Assembly (NCBI RefSeq): GCF_006345805.1
Contig: NC_042998.1
Location: 134,044,001 to 134,108,000 of the forward strand
DNA from: Octopus sinensis
Lineage: Eukaryota
Direction: 5' to 3'
Length of the DNA: 64,000 nt
The notes under the pieces are model-generated. The model was given only the letters and a program-made list of their open reading frames with translations. It searched no databases and had not been told where the DNA came from. Positions 12,715 through 26,627 of this stretch are shown piece by piece (positions within the stretch are counted from its first letter, which is position 1; each line of letters opens with the position of its first letter). Position numbers and translations under genes: made by a program.

Positions 12715-13880
12715 TATTTCAGATTTTTCTGGAACTCCTGGAGTCTTACATGCGTAGCAGGCTTGCTATCTGCAGCCTACAGTACCATGCTACCTGTTTT
12801 TTCCAACTATCTAAAACTTTCCTAATTATTCTGGCCGTACCAAGAAGGCAACTCTTTTGCAACAGTTCTACTGGGCATGCTCATCCGATTTCCTTTATAT
12901 TCTTCTTGATGCCTTCTGATACTATCCCCAAGAACTCAACAATAATTGGCACTACCCTCACCTTAATTTCCCATAGCCGGGCTATTTCATACTTAAGAGA
13001 GTTGTATTTATCAATTATTTTTTCGTCTTCTTTCTTGACTGTTCGTGGTTCAAAGGGGCACGCAACATCAACTATATAGCACAGATGGTGCATCTTGTCG
13101 ACCACCATTAGGTCTGGTCTATTATGCTCTCTAACACCTGATTAAACTGGGAAATCCCGGAAGATTTTGCAAGTGTCCGACTCCGCCACTCTCTGTGGCT
13201 TGTGCTCATACTACATCTTGCCTATCCCTAGCTCCTACTTTTCGCAGTTTCCAGTGTAGCCCTTTCGCTACCTTACTGTGTCGCCACAGCTTGTAGTGGT
13301 TTTGGGCAAGTCTAGTATATTCGTTTGTGATATGGGGAATAGTTTCGTCACCCTGTTACAGATGCGGCACAGTGGAGACACTGGCTCATTCCTAACGTTG
13401 ACCCTCCAATTCGTAGTCAAATCTTGGTCTTGCGCTGCCAGTATAGTGCTCTCTTTTTTCAGTGTTCAGTTCTTCAACCAGTCCCACCAATGTTTTCCAT
13501 CCACATCTGTTGTGACTACATTGAATTGATTGAGTAGTTCTTTGTTGCGTAATGATTATTCATGTCCTTTTTTGTACTTCTTCCTCTGTTTTTCGTTTTT
13601 TCTCGGCTTTCAATACTCTCTCATTCCTAACTAACGCTAAAAAGGTTTCCTTACTTTGGGTTAGGTATCTAATTAAGCTCTCGAGATCGATACGTAGGCA
13701 GTCTTCCATAATTATCAGTCCCCTTCCTCCATTTGCTTTCTTCATGTATAGGCGATCAGTTTCTGCACGTGGATGATGGGCTCCATGTATCGTTAGGAGC
13801 TTTCTTATCTTCCTGTCCAACACCTTTAACTCCTCCTCTGTCTACTTCAGGATACCATCGCCATACCAAACTTCTGCGAC
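12715..13880 (-). mobile_element. 5'-truncated R4/Dong-like non-LTR retrotransposon (RT thumb, CCHC, RLE endonuclease), frameshifted
   Basis: LDRKIRKLLT...HPRAETDRLY...GGRGL; ILAAQDQ; CRIC..ETIPH; LAQNHYKLWRHSKVAK; RPDLMVVDK..CYIVDVACP..KEDEK. Flanked by (TAA)n on both sides. Confidence 0.85.
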
Positions 13881-13896
13881 TGCGCACGATTTATTA

Positions 13897-13953
<57 letters not shown>

Positions 13954-13964
13954 TATTATTATTA

Positions 13965-14345
13965 TCATCTCTTTATCACAGGTTTTGTTGGAGCTTCTGG
14001 AGTCTTGCATGCGTAGCGGGTTTACTACCTGCAGTTTACGGTACCACGCTATTCGCTCTTTTCAGCTATCTAATATTTTCCTGATTATTCTGGCCGTACC
14101 AAGGAAGCAAAACTTTTGTAACAGTTCTACTGGGCATTCTATTCCAATTTCCTTGATATTCCTCTTGATGCATTCTGATACTGTTCCCAAGGACCCAACA
14201 ATAATTGGCACTATCTTCACCTTCTGCATTTTCCATAACCGGGCTATTTCGTACTTAAGAGGATTGTATCTATCTATCTTTTCACTTTCCTTCTTGACTA
14301 TTCGTGGGTCGAGCAATTGAGACATGTTTTTAGATAGCTCATTAA
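13965..14345 (-). mobile_element. Second R4/Dong-like 3' fragment (RLE C-terminus, 3'UTR and TAA tail)
   Basis: ORF 14062-14325 KIDRYNPLKYEIARLW...VPIIVGSLG...LGTARIIRKILDS; clearly homologous to, but diverged from, the first copy. Confidence 0.85.
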
Positions 14346-14376
14346 CAGTATAAATCCGAGAAGGCTTGAGCTACAT

Positions 14377-14471
<95 letters not shown>

Positions 14472-14528
14472 CTTTCTTTATTGGCCACACAGGGCTAGAC
14501 ACAGAGGGGACAAATACAAATGTAGAGC

Positions 14529-14605
<77 letters not shown>

Positions 14606-14714
14606 CAGACAGTCAGACAGGCAGACAAACAGGCAGGCAGGTAGATAGACAGACAGAAAGACATACAGAAAGACCGACAGGCGGACGGACGGACGGAAGG
14701 AAGGACAGACAGAG

Positions 14715-15251
14715 AGACGGAAGATGGAAGATACGGGGATGTTTATTGATCAATACAATTGTTTCGCCCCATCTAACATCGATTCCTCACAGGTAGGATA
14801 CTGAACATCTGGTTTAGGTGTATCCGTCGGTGTAGATATGTCTCCTCGGGTAACAAAACGTATATCGTTAAAATAACGTCTGTTCCGGAAGATTTCTTCT
14901 TGGTATATGTATACAAAAGCATCAAATTAAGTGATACAGATATTCAGTATCCCACCCGTGAGGAATCGATGCTAGATGGGTCTAAACCAGTGCTTTTCAA
15001 AGTTTTTGCTGGAGCGGAACCCCAAGGAAGCATTCCACTGGCTCGAGGAATCCCTGTGCAATAATTTAATAGTCTTATGCACACATATCTGCACAGGAGA
15101 ATTAAAAATTACTGCCGATTTTAGCAGTTTTGTAACTTCTTGCAGAACCCCTGGACTGTACTGGCGGAACCCTAAGGTTCCGTGGAACCCTGGTTGAAAA
15201 CCACTGGTCTAAACAATTGTAGTGATCAACAAGCATTCTCGTATCTTCTAT

Positions 15252-15258
<7 letters not shown>
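14715..15258. mobile_element. Foldback/MITE-like element with ~100-bp inverted ends, right end interrupted
   Basis: The left arm (GAAGATACGGGGATGTTTATTGATCAATACAATTGTTTCGCCCCATCTAACATCGATTCCTCACAGGTAGGATACTGAACATCTG) is complementary to 14937-14987 joined to 15215-15258. Confidence 0.75.
14988..15206. mobile_element. hAT (Buster/Charlie-type) MITE, 219 bp
   Basis: TIRs CAGTGCTTTTCAA / TTGAAAACCACTG; perfect 8-bp TSD GTCTAAAC (14980-87, 15207-14) with a central TA. Confidence 0.92.
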
Positions 15259-15321
<63 letters not shown>

Positions 15322-15404
15322 ATCAAATACCCAACGAACAATGAGAAAATGAATGTGCTTTACTGGCAAACTACCAGGTCTATACCATACGATTTATTAA
15401 CTAA

Positions 15405-15477
<73 letters not shown>

Positions 15478-15482
15478 GTATG

Positions 15483-15513
<31 letters not shown>

Positions 15514-16705
15514 AAATATATATATATATGTATATATTATATTATATTATTATATTATATTATGTTATATTATATTATATTGTATTATATTATATTATAT
15601 TATATTATATTATATTATATTATATTGTATTATATTATATTCAGGAACACATATGTATCTGAGTGTGCGTGTGCATGTACTAACACAGATTTGAACGAAA
15701 AAAAAACGAGGATCAAGTTTTTTATTTTCTTTGTTTTTTTTTTGTTTTTTTGTTTTTTTAGCGAACAAGAAAACAAAGGGAAAATGCCGAGCTAGGTGGG
15801 AGTAAAATTGGAGTAACGGAAGCAATTGTTATAACTGTGAAGTTAACAAAGACAAAACACAGCTCATTGAACTAAATAAATACTAAATCTTTCGTTTCTC
15901 GATTGTTTTTTGTTGGTTTGGAGACGTATAGACTGTTGAGCTACGGTGATTAACATATTGCGTGTGGATATAGCAACATAATTCCCTTCTTTGTTTTTCT
16001 GTATCTCTCTCTCTCTCTCTCTATCTTCTTCTTGCCTCTTCTTCCCTCTTCTTCCCTCTCCTTCAAATTTAAAATGTTGTATATAACTGTTTATACACAA
16101 TGATGGGAATAACTTTTATTTCCATTCTTTCGTAAAGATTTCTTTCTCATATAGACAGCATCTAATTCATATATATTTGTAGAGTGGCATGTGTGCATGT
16201 GTGTGTGTCTGTGTATGCGTGTGGGCGAGTGTGGGTGTGTGTGTGAGTGAGTACTGTGTTGGATTCGCTTTGCTTCTTTCCATTTCTCATCACCCATTGA
16301 CACTGATTAGCATAATAATATAAATAGATAATTGTTTTCAGTGAAAGTCTCATCCGAAATTCAATGTAAAATATTTGATTCTTATTCTTTCTGGGGAGAT
16401 AAAAGGCAAAGCATCTTTAGAGGATTATGTTTCGAGCCATTAATGCTACACAAATGCACACATAAATATATTCATACTTCTTTACACACTTTTATGCATA
16501 CAAATTACGTTCATTCATACATAAACATGGACGCGTATACACGTACACACTTATATTCATACGTATAGAAACATAGATGCATTTATAAATAGGCATATAC
16601 AAATACACGCGAACACAGACACTTACACACGCGCATACACATACGTATATGTGTACTTGCATACAGATATATATATATATATATATACATACATACATAA
16701 ATACA

Positions 16706-16737
<32 letters not shown>

Positions 16738-17626
16738 AGCATATTTACACGGTCAAACACTACTACTAACGAGTAATACACTCATACACATACGTATGTT
16801 CGTACATACACACTCTTATATATATTCACACATATAAACATATGTATGAATATATATATATGTATATATACATGTGTGTGTGTGAGTGTGTGTGTAGTCT
16901 AGTGTACTAGAGTGCATATGTGTGCGTGCGTATATGTTTCTCGTTGGTACTTCAAGTTATCTCGTGCACTCTATCAAGTACTTTAAATTAACAAACTAAA
17001 TATTACAATGGCTTCTTTGTTGATAAATATTTTGGAGACATTACGAAATAATGCTGAACAATCAACCGAAAATACTTTAGGCGGCATTTTGCTCTGAAAA
17101 GCAACCGATTTTCATACAAGCAGATGCCATTAAACAAAAGACAACTTCCAATTGATGTCCAGGGAGAGAAAATAAAAAGCAAAATAAGGAATCAAAAAAA
17201 TGCACGAAAACTGGAAAGAAATACAAATTAAAATAAGAAAACATAAAAAATGAAAGAAAACTGGAAAGAAAAAAGTTAAAATAAAAAAATAAGGCCAAGA
17301 AATATTCCGTCAGAATTGTAAATGAGAAAGCTACTTAAATTGGAATTAATATGTAGGGCAGCACAAAGGTCCGTAAACATTTAGGATCACACATCAATGA
17401 GATCAAAGAATTTTTTTTAAAAAAGAGAAAAGAAAAGAATTAAGAAAAAAGAAAACAAAACAAAAAAATATAATTGCGATTAATTTATCCATTTAATCCA
17501 TTCTCAGTACATTTCCAAGAGTTTTTGATATAAAAAGGAAAAAAAGAAAATTTCAAAACGATAACGATTTCTGTACTGATGTTTAAGTTGACACTTTTGT
17601 TTATGCTGTTCTTGTTTACCTCTGGA

Positions 17627-17640
17627 TGATAATGACGATA

Positions 17641-17717
<77 letters not shown>

Positions 17718-17875
17718 CGATGATGACGACGACGACGACGACAACGACAACGACGACGACGATGACGTCGACCACGACTACCGCGGAGGTGATGGCGACA
17801 ATGGCAGCAATGGCGGATGGCCAACGACGACAACGACGATGACGATGATGATAAAGACGATGATTACGATATTGT
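17627..17875. repeat. (ATG)n/(GAC)n trinucleotide low-complexity tract
   Basis: Seen directly. Confidence 0.9.
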
Positions 17876-17919
17876 TTCTCTGATTTTATAATTTGTTATC
17901 TTTTTATCTTTTGCTTGTC

Positions 17920-18038
17920 TTAGTCATTGATCTGCGGCCATACTAAGGCACTGCCTTGAACGGTTTAGTCAAGTAAATTGAACCCCCAGTAGTTATATTT
18001 GTCTACGCGGTCGTAAACAAGCAGAAACACACACACAT

Positions 18039-18076
<38 letters not shown>

Positions 18077-18235
18077 GTATATATGCGATGAGCTTCTACA
18101 CAGTTTCCGTCTTCCAAATCCATTCGTAAGGCATTAGTCGAACAGCGATTATAGTCGAACAGCGATTATAGTCGAAGACGTGTAAGGTGCAGCGCAGTGG
18201 GATTGAACCTTAAACACGTGTTTGAAAAGCAAACT
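17920..18235 (-). mobile_element. SINE family B (degenerate, with an internal 17-bp tandem duplication)
   Basis: Tail, internal (CA)n/(TA)n, core CAGTTTCCGTC..CCAAATCCA and tRNA head GTGGGATTGAACC; TAGTCGAACAGCGATTA is repeated. Confidence 0.7.
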
Positions 18236-18424
18236 GGCGCCGTTTTTTTTTTTCGTTTTCTTTTGTTATTTGCTGTTTTCCTTTTTTTTTTTGTAGGGCT
18301 ATTTCATTGGTGGGTATTGGGGTAAATTACTTGAACCAAAAATTGTCTAACAAACTGAAGGCATTCCAAAAACGAAGACAATGAAGAAAACATCAACAAT
18401 ATTGAAAATTAAAAATTTATATAC

Positions 18425-18600
18425 TCAGGTGCGGACCCAAGGGATAGGGTATTGAGGGGCACGTGCCACTATCCCCCCACCCACACCCTACTCCAAGAAA
18501 AGAAGTGTGCCCTTCTAAATAATCTTATTACGCCCTTTTCTCCTGGAATTGTACACCCTTCTAACCTTGTGCCCTTCCTTCGAAATATTCTGGGAACGTG
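18425..18600. mobile_element. GC-rich MITE-like remnant
   Basis: CAGGTGCGGACCCAAGGG...GGGGCACGTGCC...repeated GCCCTT motifs...GAAATATTCTGGG; family not assigned. Confidence 0.35.
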
Positions 18601-19117
18601 CCTAATATAATTTTTTTTTTTTTTACGTGGGCAGTGAACAATGTTATAGTATGCATATGCCTTCGTATATTACTGGTATTTACTTATTTTCTTCTCGATG
18701 TTCTGATTGAATCGTCTGCTGCAGGTTTTGACCTCAGAAATGAGAAGAGACACAAAACTAAATTTCTTAGAGTAAACAGTTCCGGAGTTCTGCAGTCTTC
18801 GTTATTGATGTTGCTGTCTGGCTCCAGATCAATCTAAATCGTGCAAACCTCTGATCACGTACGTTCCAGTTGTCCTCATTCCATCTTTTATTCAGCCAGT
18901 ATTCAGACAGAACGTTCGTTTATTCAAGAAGCTTAAACTGATAATACAGTATCTCAGAACAAACATGTCACAAGGTTGTCTGGTGGACTCACTTTTGAAT
19001 CAAAACTCGATCGAGATATTGATTTTTAGATGTACGTAAAACTTTGCACTCAAGAGGGCGTGTAAAGTACTTCTGCAAAAATAAAAATGAAATCTTAGTC
19101 ACTCTACGATTTATGGT

Positions 19118-19365
19118 AATGGTTCTCAACCGAGGTTCACATAACTATTGGGGGCCCATATAAGATTTTGTTAAAAATTATGTGCAATAAACTGGGTGTA
19201 CTTCTACAATACACAAAATATTTTTAAATTGTTGTATACAATTCCCAATAATATTTAATTCTAAAAATATAATTGGATTTTTTTTTAAGCATTGAATGGC
19301 TATGGAGGTCCAGTAGAGTAGAATAGGAATCAAAGGTAGTCCATAGGTAAAGAATGGTTGATCTA
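19118..19365. mobile_element. Degenerate hAT-type MITE
   Basis: (C)AATGGTTCTCAACC left end and AATGGTTGA right end, similar to the CAGTGGTT-type TIRs elsewhere in the window. Confidence 0.5.
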
Positions 19366-19839
19366 TAGTAACAAATAATTAAAAGTTTGCCAATTTTAGT
19401 TTTAATAATTAATGGTTAAAGACCCCTGCGTACAAATATTTCTCTCTGTGACTCTGACCTCCGACACACTAAATGAAGGCTTCAGTTACGAACAAAAGAC
19501 CCACCAATTGTTTGAGAATTATTCCATTCAAAGATATTTTTCTATCACAAATCATTGGTATTAGCGAAGATTAACAAATGATTCTATTACGATAAACGAA
19601 ATCTGATATGTAGTTTAACTAAATTAAGATTATTTGTATGAGTAATACCTCAGACTTTGAATTAAAATACTAGTTTCCTCAATGTACAAAATAATTTATT
19701 AGTCAGCCGAAGAAATTCGTTTATATTATTTGTGTCAATATTTTGAATACTGGGCCGATTATATTACGTTACAATATAATCTGCTGAATCGACTCTAGTT
19801 TATTAGTAATGCTTACTTAATACCTGCTCCCTACCAAAT

Positions 19840-20010
19840 GCGCGGGCATTGCTATATAGTTAGGAGATTCGCTTCTCCATAACATGACTCCAGGTTCGAT
19901 ACTACTGCGCGGCACCTTGAGCAGGTATCTTCTATCGTAGCTTCGGAAACTGCAGTACCTGTAAATAAAACCTGGTCGATAGTATACTGAATGAAAGTTG
20001 TCGTGTATAC
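19840..20010 (+). mobile_element. SINE family B head/core (old)
   Basis: A-box-like TTGCTATATAGTTAGG, B box GGTTCGATACT, then GCGGCACCTTGAGCAGGTATCTTCTA. Confidence 0.55.
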
Positions 20011-20834
20011 ACGCACACACACACACATACATTCATACACATGCATACATATATATTTTTATGGGCATATGGGGATGTTTCTCTGTGAGTGTGGGGGGTG
20101 CGTGTGTCTGTTTTTGTGTGTCTGTCATCAATATACATCGATGATGGATACAAACATCGTAACAAAACTGAAACGAAATCTCTTTGTATATTTGTTCTGC
20201 ATTTAATTAAACACTCTCTTGTCACTCTTTTCACTGTTGGAAATGCAGTGAATCAAATGAATGGTCCTTTGGCAACTTGAACTAAAGTCGCCGTTGTTCA
20301 CAATTTATTATATCAAATTTAATAAAAATACAAACTGTGACAGGATTTGAACTCAGTGCACTACAGTACCGAACTAAATAAACTACCCAAACCATCCGAT
20401 TCGGCAGTCTACAAAGCAATCTCTGAAGCGCAGTATTAGCGAATGCTTTCAGTAAAGCAGAAGAAAACGATCAATTGTAAAGTGGGAGTTTAATGTCTGA
20501 AGACTAATCAACATTACTATGTTACTGATACTTATTTTATCGATATATCGATCTGTCTGTCAAGTATCAATCGAATATTTCATTGTCCTGACTGTCCAAG
20601 CGAATTTTAAAATTTGCTAACTGAGAGCTCGGTTAGTAATCATATGAGGTTAAAAGTGCTTATAGAATACAGATGCTATTCCGTCTCAAGTTATGTGCGT
20701 AATAAAAGACGTGTAGTTAGTGAACTGAAGTAATTTTGAACCAAATTACTCTATCACCGGTCTAACAAATTTACTTATCAGCCATTAATATTAAGCTTGA
20801 TTTCTAGCCACACACACACGAACACACACGAGCA

Positions 20835-20899
<65 letters not shown>

Positions 20900-21184
20900 G
20901 CACGCACGCGCACTAGGTGAATCCACTCAAATGATACAGATGCTCTTGAGGTTAGAGGTTATGGTAGAGCAGTAAGGGAATTAATTTAACAGCGTTGTAA
21001 AGATTTCGCCAATATTATGCTGGGGTGAAGGCGTTTAGATAAGACAGGTGCCCTTTTGAGTCAGCGAACTGCAAACTACTACCACCAATGAAGACAGTGA
21101 TCAGCGACACAGCTGCCATTAACATACCAAATTAATTAATTCATGACTCTTCAATCGGAAAGAGGCAGGAATGGGGTAGAATAC

Positions 21185-21215
<31 letters not shown>

Positions 21216-21653
21216 GGTTCAATGATGTTTAAACACATGTGGGAGTAGAAATGCTCTTAAACTATTAACTCTTTCACAGAGCAGCACCTCTGATACAATT
21301 CGTGTTCATTTCACTGGTTCTTGGAGCCGAGTATTTAATTCCTTAATTGAGCACTTCGGCGAAATTTGGTTCGTGGTTTAGTAAAAGATCACACCTGCGA
21401 ATTTTGGTGTAGTAGATGAATGAAATGAAGCGATTGCACTGATACGTGCATCTAAGTAGGTATGTATGAAACCAACATAACAATTACTTGGAGTGTACGT
21501 GTGTGTGTGTATGTGTGTGTGTGTGTGTGTGTGTAACTGTGTGTATGTATATTTCTGTGTGTGTGTGTGTGTATTTCACTCTCTCTCTCCCCTCTCTCTT
21601 TATTATGCTTACATATTTCTATCTATATATGTATCTCACCCGTTCTCTTTCTT

Positions 21654-21702
<49 letters not shown>

Positions 21703-22229
21703 ATATACATTTCTCTCTCTCTCTCTGAATCGCTCTCTGTATCTATGTGCATGTGCGTGCATGTGTGTTTGTATGTATGTACGCGCGTCTGTGTGTGAAA
21801 GAGAGGGGAAGAGGGAGTGGAGAGAGGAAGAAAAGGAGAGAGAGAGAGGGAGAGAGGGAAGGAGAGAGATAGAGAGGGAGAAAAGAAATCTACATCTCCC
21901 TTAATATGAGTACTTCACGGCTTCATGTTTTCACTGGCTGGAAACATCTGTTCATCTGCATTTTTATTTTTTTATGTAATATCAACTTATTCATTCTTTT
22001 AAAGGTTGTAGGATTTTGACTGCGCTCATGCTGCAGCATCACTTTCATGTATTTCAGTTGATTACAGCAAACTTATTTGAGTATGGTAGTCAATTAATCA
22101 ATGTATCACATTGATTACTTATCTATTAACAATAAATGGACGCACCATTTTACACCGGTATATACATCTATATGTATGCATACCGGTGAAAATATTGTGT
22201 GGAATTGCGTCTGTTTATTGTGATAGATG

Positions 22230-22740
22230 TTAGTTAGTTAGTTACTTAGTTAATTTTTTGGCTCAAAAAGCAAAAAGCAAGGCCATGTAGGGGGACATGG
22301 AGTTATGTACAGGGTGGTGTTCATGTAAAGAGTTCAGGCCACTTGTTGTCAAGGGAGACTTTGAACCGAGCAGACGTCGGCATCTTCACTATCTCGTCCG
22401 GCAGCTTATTCCACGGATCCGCAACCCGGACGGAGAAAGCCCCTCTCCTTCGATTGAGATGAAATCGTCGCAGATAGAGCTTTTCGGAGTGACCCCGCAG
22501 CCGACGCTCTGGAGCAGGAGTGAAGAACATCTCTTTCGAGAGGTTACACTTTCCGCTTATGATATTGTGAGCAAGAATGAGATCACCACGGCGTCGTCGT
22601 TTTTCTAGAGAATAAAGGTCGAGCGTCTTCAGCCTTTCTTCATAAGACAAATTCTTGAGACCAAGAACCATGCGGGTAGCCAGCTTCTGGACTCTTTCGA
22701 GATGTTGCATGTCTTTGAGGAGATAAGGAGAAGAGGTTTG
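22230..22740 (-). mobile_element. 5'-truncated CR1-clade LINE with (TAAC)n tail
   Basis: ORF 22321-22710 LERVQKLATRMV..LSYEERLKTLDLYSLEKRRRRGDLI..RGHSEKL..FSVRVADPWNKLP..FKVSLD; tandem tail at 22230-22253. Confidence 0.9.
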
Positions 22741-23061
22741 AATCCCATGTGCGTGTGTTCTATGTGCATGTTTGTATGTGCGTGTGTATATGTATGTTTG
22801 TATGTTTGTCTGCGTATGTATGCATGAATGTATGTAGGTTTGTATGCATTTGTGTCTGTATGAATGTATACATTATGTGCATATGTACTTTAATATGTGT
22901 TACATATAGGGTTTTGTTGCACAGCGCAACATTTTGAGCGAGTGCCTCTCACTATAGCTCAGGCTGACCAATGTATTGTGAGTGAATATGGTAGGTGAAA
23001 ACTATGCTGAAGACACTGTATTGATACAATGTACGGCAGAAGACTCAATAGAAAACGTATC

Positions 23062-23208
23062 CGCCGAGGTCGACTTTACCTTTGATCCTTCCGGGGTCGA
23101 TAAATTAAGTACCAATTACGCACTTGGGTCGATGTAATCGACTTAATCCCTTCGTCTGTCCTTGTTTGTCCCCTCTATGTTTAGCCCCTTGTGGGCAGTA
23201 AAGAAATA
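23062..23208 (+). mobile_element. 5'-truncated SINE family A with 24-bp TSD
   Basis: AGAAGACTCAATAGAAAACGTATC at 23038-23061 and 23209-23232; inserted into an old family-B SINE. Confidence 0.92.
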
Positions 23209-23349
23209 AGAAGACTCAATAGAAAACGTATCAGTCTCAAAATAAGTGCCTGCGATTTGGTCGGCTAAATCTTTCAAGATAGTGCCCCAGCCTGTTTCAT
23301 TTTCGCTTCTTGCCAGTGAAATATAACAGCTACTCGTAAGTTTTGCCTT

Positions 23350-23520
23350 TCACACTTTCTGTTTTAAGCACATCTATAAGTCCGTCCTTTTTTAACTCTT
23401 CCAAAATCCCCATAACATTCAAACGGTGCCTGGACAAATTCCTCAAAAAAAAATACCATACGAAATTACCCAGGTACATTCAGCAAACAAAAACTCCCAA
23501 CTTGGGTGGGTTATGATGTC
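23350..23520 (+). mobile_element. Possible CR1/L2-type LINE 3' relic
   Basis: FNSLPK...FKRCLDKFL-like remnant. Confidence 0.4.
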
Positions 23521-23820
23521 TTAAAACAGGTGTAACTATTAAGTTATATGTGGACTGAGCTAACGATGGCCAAAATTTACCCATGTTAAATAAATAGTGA
23601 AATAGACGGAGTTGCTTACCTTTTCCTAATTTTTTTTTTTCAATATATACATTTTAACATTTATAGTAGAATGAAATAACTTCTAAAAATGTATGGGATG
23701 AGGAGTTATAAAATAGGAAAATAATTCTCGTAAATCATTTTTTTTTTTCGTTTAATATTTGTTTCTCGAAAGAGTAGTTCCTCGATTGGCCAAAGATAAT
23801 CAAATCTTCCTAAGCAAATA

Positions 23821-24044
23821 CAGTAATCTCTCGACTATCGCGGGTGCTACGTTCCAAAAACCCCGCGATAGGTGAAAATCCGCGAAGTAGAAACAGTACT
23901 GTACTGTATATTTTTTTAGTATTATTTTTATGATTTGTATATATTTATTTTATTGTAAATGGCAAAACAACACCACGGAGGAATCGACTTAAGCTTAAAT
24001 AATAAACTGCGATAGGTGAACCGCGATATGGCGAGGGATTAATG
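23821..24044. mobile_element. pogo/Tigger-type MITE
   Basis: TA|CAGTAATCTCTCGACTATCGCGG ... CCGCGATATGGCGAGGGATTAATG imperfect TIRs; internal GCGATAGGTGAA repeats. Confidence 0.75.
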
Positions 24045-24084
24045 CAGTTTCAAATATTGGCTAAAGGCAACAGTTTTAGCGGAG

Positions 24085-24233
24085 GAGAAGGGTCAATTAA
24101 ATTGGCCCCAGTACTTAAAGGGATGAAAAGCGAACTCGACCTCGGAGGAATTTCAGCTCAGAACATAATGAACCATAAGAGATGCTATTAAGCATTTTCA
24201 TCAACGCTTTAACAGTTGGGCCAGCTCACCGCC
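24085..24233 (-). mobile_element. Degenerate SINE family A
   Basis: GACCTCGGAGGAATTTCAGCTCAGAAC...GCCAGCTCACCGCC. Confidence 0.65.
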
Positions 24234-24899
24234 TTTCCCTGATCACATGGTTAAAATCGCTTACTTCTCGCCCGCCTCTTTTTGTATTAGACATTTATAA
24301 AGAAAGGCGATGTTGGACTAAAATATTTTCTTTTCAGTTTCCCATATCGATGATAAAAATAATAATAATACTCCAACAATAAAACTGAAACAAACGAAAA
24401 CACCATTGGTATAGAAATTACAATAAAGAAAATAATGTTCATGTAAAGATGTAATAATTCATAGTCAATGCTCGAGCAGCTTTAGACTCATATGTGTAGT
24501 TTTATCATAAACCAAAGTACTTTTATATTATAGAGAAGCAAATCCATTTGAAAACCACTTTTACGAAAATGGAACTGCTACGTTGTACGCTTATGAAAGA
24601 TATTCCTCACTGTTTGGTAGTTTTAAAAAGCCAGTTAGGTGTTATAAAATGTTTAAAAAGAGAAGTATGTGGATTTTTTCCATTTTGGAAGGTGTCATAT
24701 TTCAGAATTTCAAGTAAAGGATTATTAACCATACCAATTTATTGAGCTATATTTATCAATTGGCTACATTTGCTTCGGCTTAAAGGGAGGTAAATAACTT
24801 TTGTTCGAAGTACCCTTTTTATTGACTATCCTTTCGTTGATCCCACTAGTGATAATCCATAACCATTGGTCGGATTTTGTACCCCCAAAAATACTCTAC

Positions 24900-25680
24900 T
24901 CTGAAACTGGGCCGCATCCTGTTCCTTGTATGATTTGGGAGTGCTATACTGCGCGATTTTCCGAGTTAGATTTTGCTTACCATGTTCTCTTCACTGAAGA
25001 TCCGGCTGGGCTGACGGCTTGTGTTGATCGACCACATGCTACATGATTATGGCAGATGAGGAGGTATCTCGCGGAGATGGGGACTGACTTGGACTCGACG
25101 GGTCGCCTGGGAGGCCCCAGGAATTTACCGACAATACAACAATGCTCTGAAATGACACATGCCTCCATACCAGACCTGATCTTTCATTGATGCTGGTGGT
25201 AGCTGATTTTCCCATAAAGCCAAGGAAAATATAATCCCTTTTTTTTTTTTTGGCTGTCGCCGTTTGGTGGCGGGGCCGGATTTGAATTCAGAATTCGCTA
25301 AGCCAGAACAGTGATGCAAGACAGCTCGTCTGACACTTCAACACTCCCAACAATCTATAAACCTGATATTGTTCTATAGGAAGGGGAACAAAAGTCATGC
25401 GCTGTTGTAGAGGTCAGCTGCTTAAGAGATGTAAATGTACAATCTGAGGTTCAGGAAAAAGAGAACATTTATGGCGAATTAATGCAGAACTGACAGCTCT
25501 TGTATACTGACTATGAAGCTCATCATAGGTGCATTAGGTTATGTACCAAAAAATTTGCACAAAAACCTAGAAATACTTGATTTCACGGTAAAAGAGCAAA
25601 AGAAACTGACTTGGATTCTCCCAATCCAATCTATTAGTGGTACAGTGAAGATTTGTGAGACATTCCAAAGATTCTCCATC
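24900..25680 (+). mobile_element. Decayed RLE-type non-LTR retrotransposon 3' end
   Basis: Broken frames KPDIVL*EGEQKSCAVVEVSC, LIIGALGYVPKNLHKNLE and SISGTVKICETF. Confidence 0.65.
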
Positions 25681-25864
25681 TGAGATTCTTATGTGAATAG
25701 ATGCACACACTTATGTATGTGCATAGGCAGTTCAACCAACACACCAACTCAACCACATGTTTGCAAATACAGGGAGCTCTCTTAACGCAAAAAGTCTTGC
25801 CGACTGGGTTGAACTATCCCATACATACATACAAACATACATACATGTATTTATGCCTAGATAT

Positions 25865-26255
<391 letters not shown>

Positions 26256-26596
26256 AACAGGTATTGCCTTTTTGCAACACATATGTTGAGGCCTCTCCTT
26301 TATTTGACTTTGTATTTGAAGTACGCCGCTTAAGACAGAAAAAAGGGGTTACATATGGCAAACTATGTCCCATTGCTCTGTGTAAAAGGAATCGGGTAAG
26401 TCAATAAAAAGGAAGTTAACTTGAAACTGAACAGTGAGCCCCTCTCCATGTCTTAAAGATACATCTTCACTTTCTTACTCAGGCGTTAAACAGCCTTCCT
26501 GCACGCCTCATTTCATTTATCCCTTTTAATGTTCGCTAATAGTATAATAGCATTTATTGGCACTTCATGTTACACTGCCAGAAATGCTTTAAAACT

Positions 26597-26627
<31 letters not shown>

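Noticed and set aside
17626-17883. Poly-Met/Asp ORF
   Set aside because: Trinucleotide repeat tract with no splice or domain support.
26322-26395. Possible 74-nt exon ending at GTAAGT
   Set aside because: Weak acceptor and unrecognisable peptide; such donors occur by chance every few kb.
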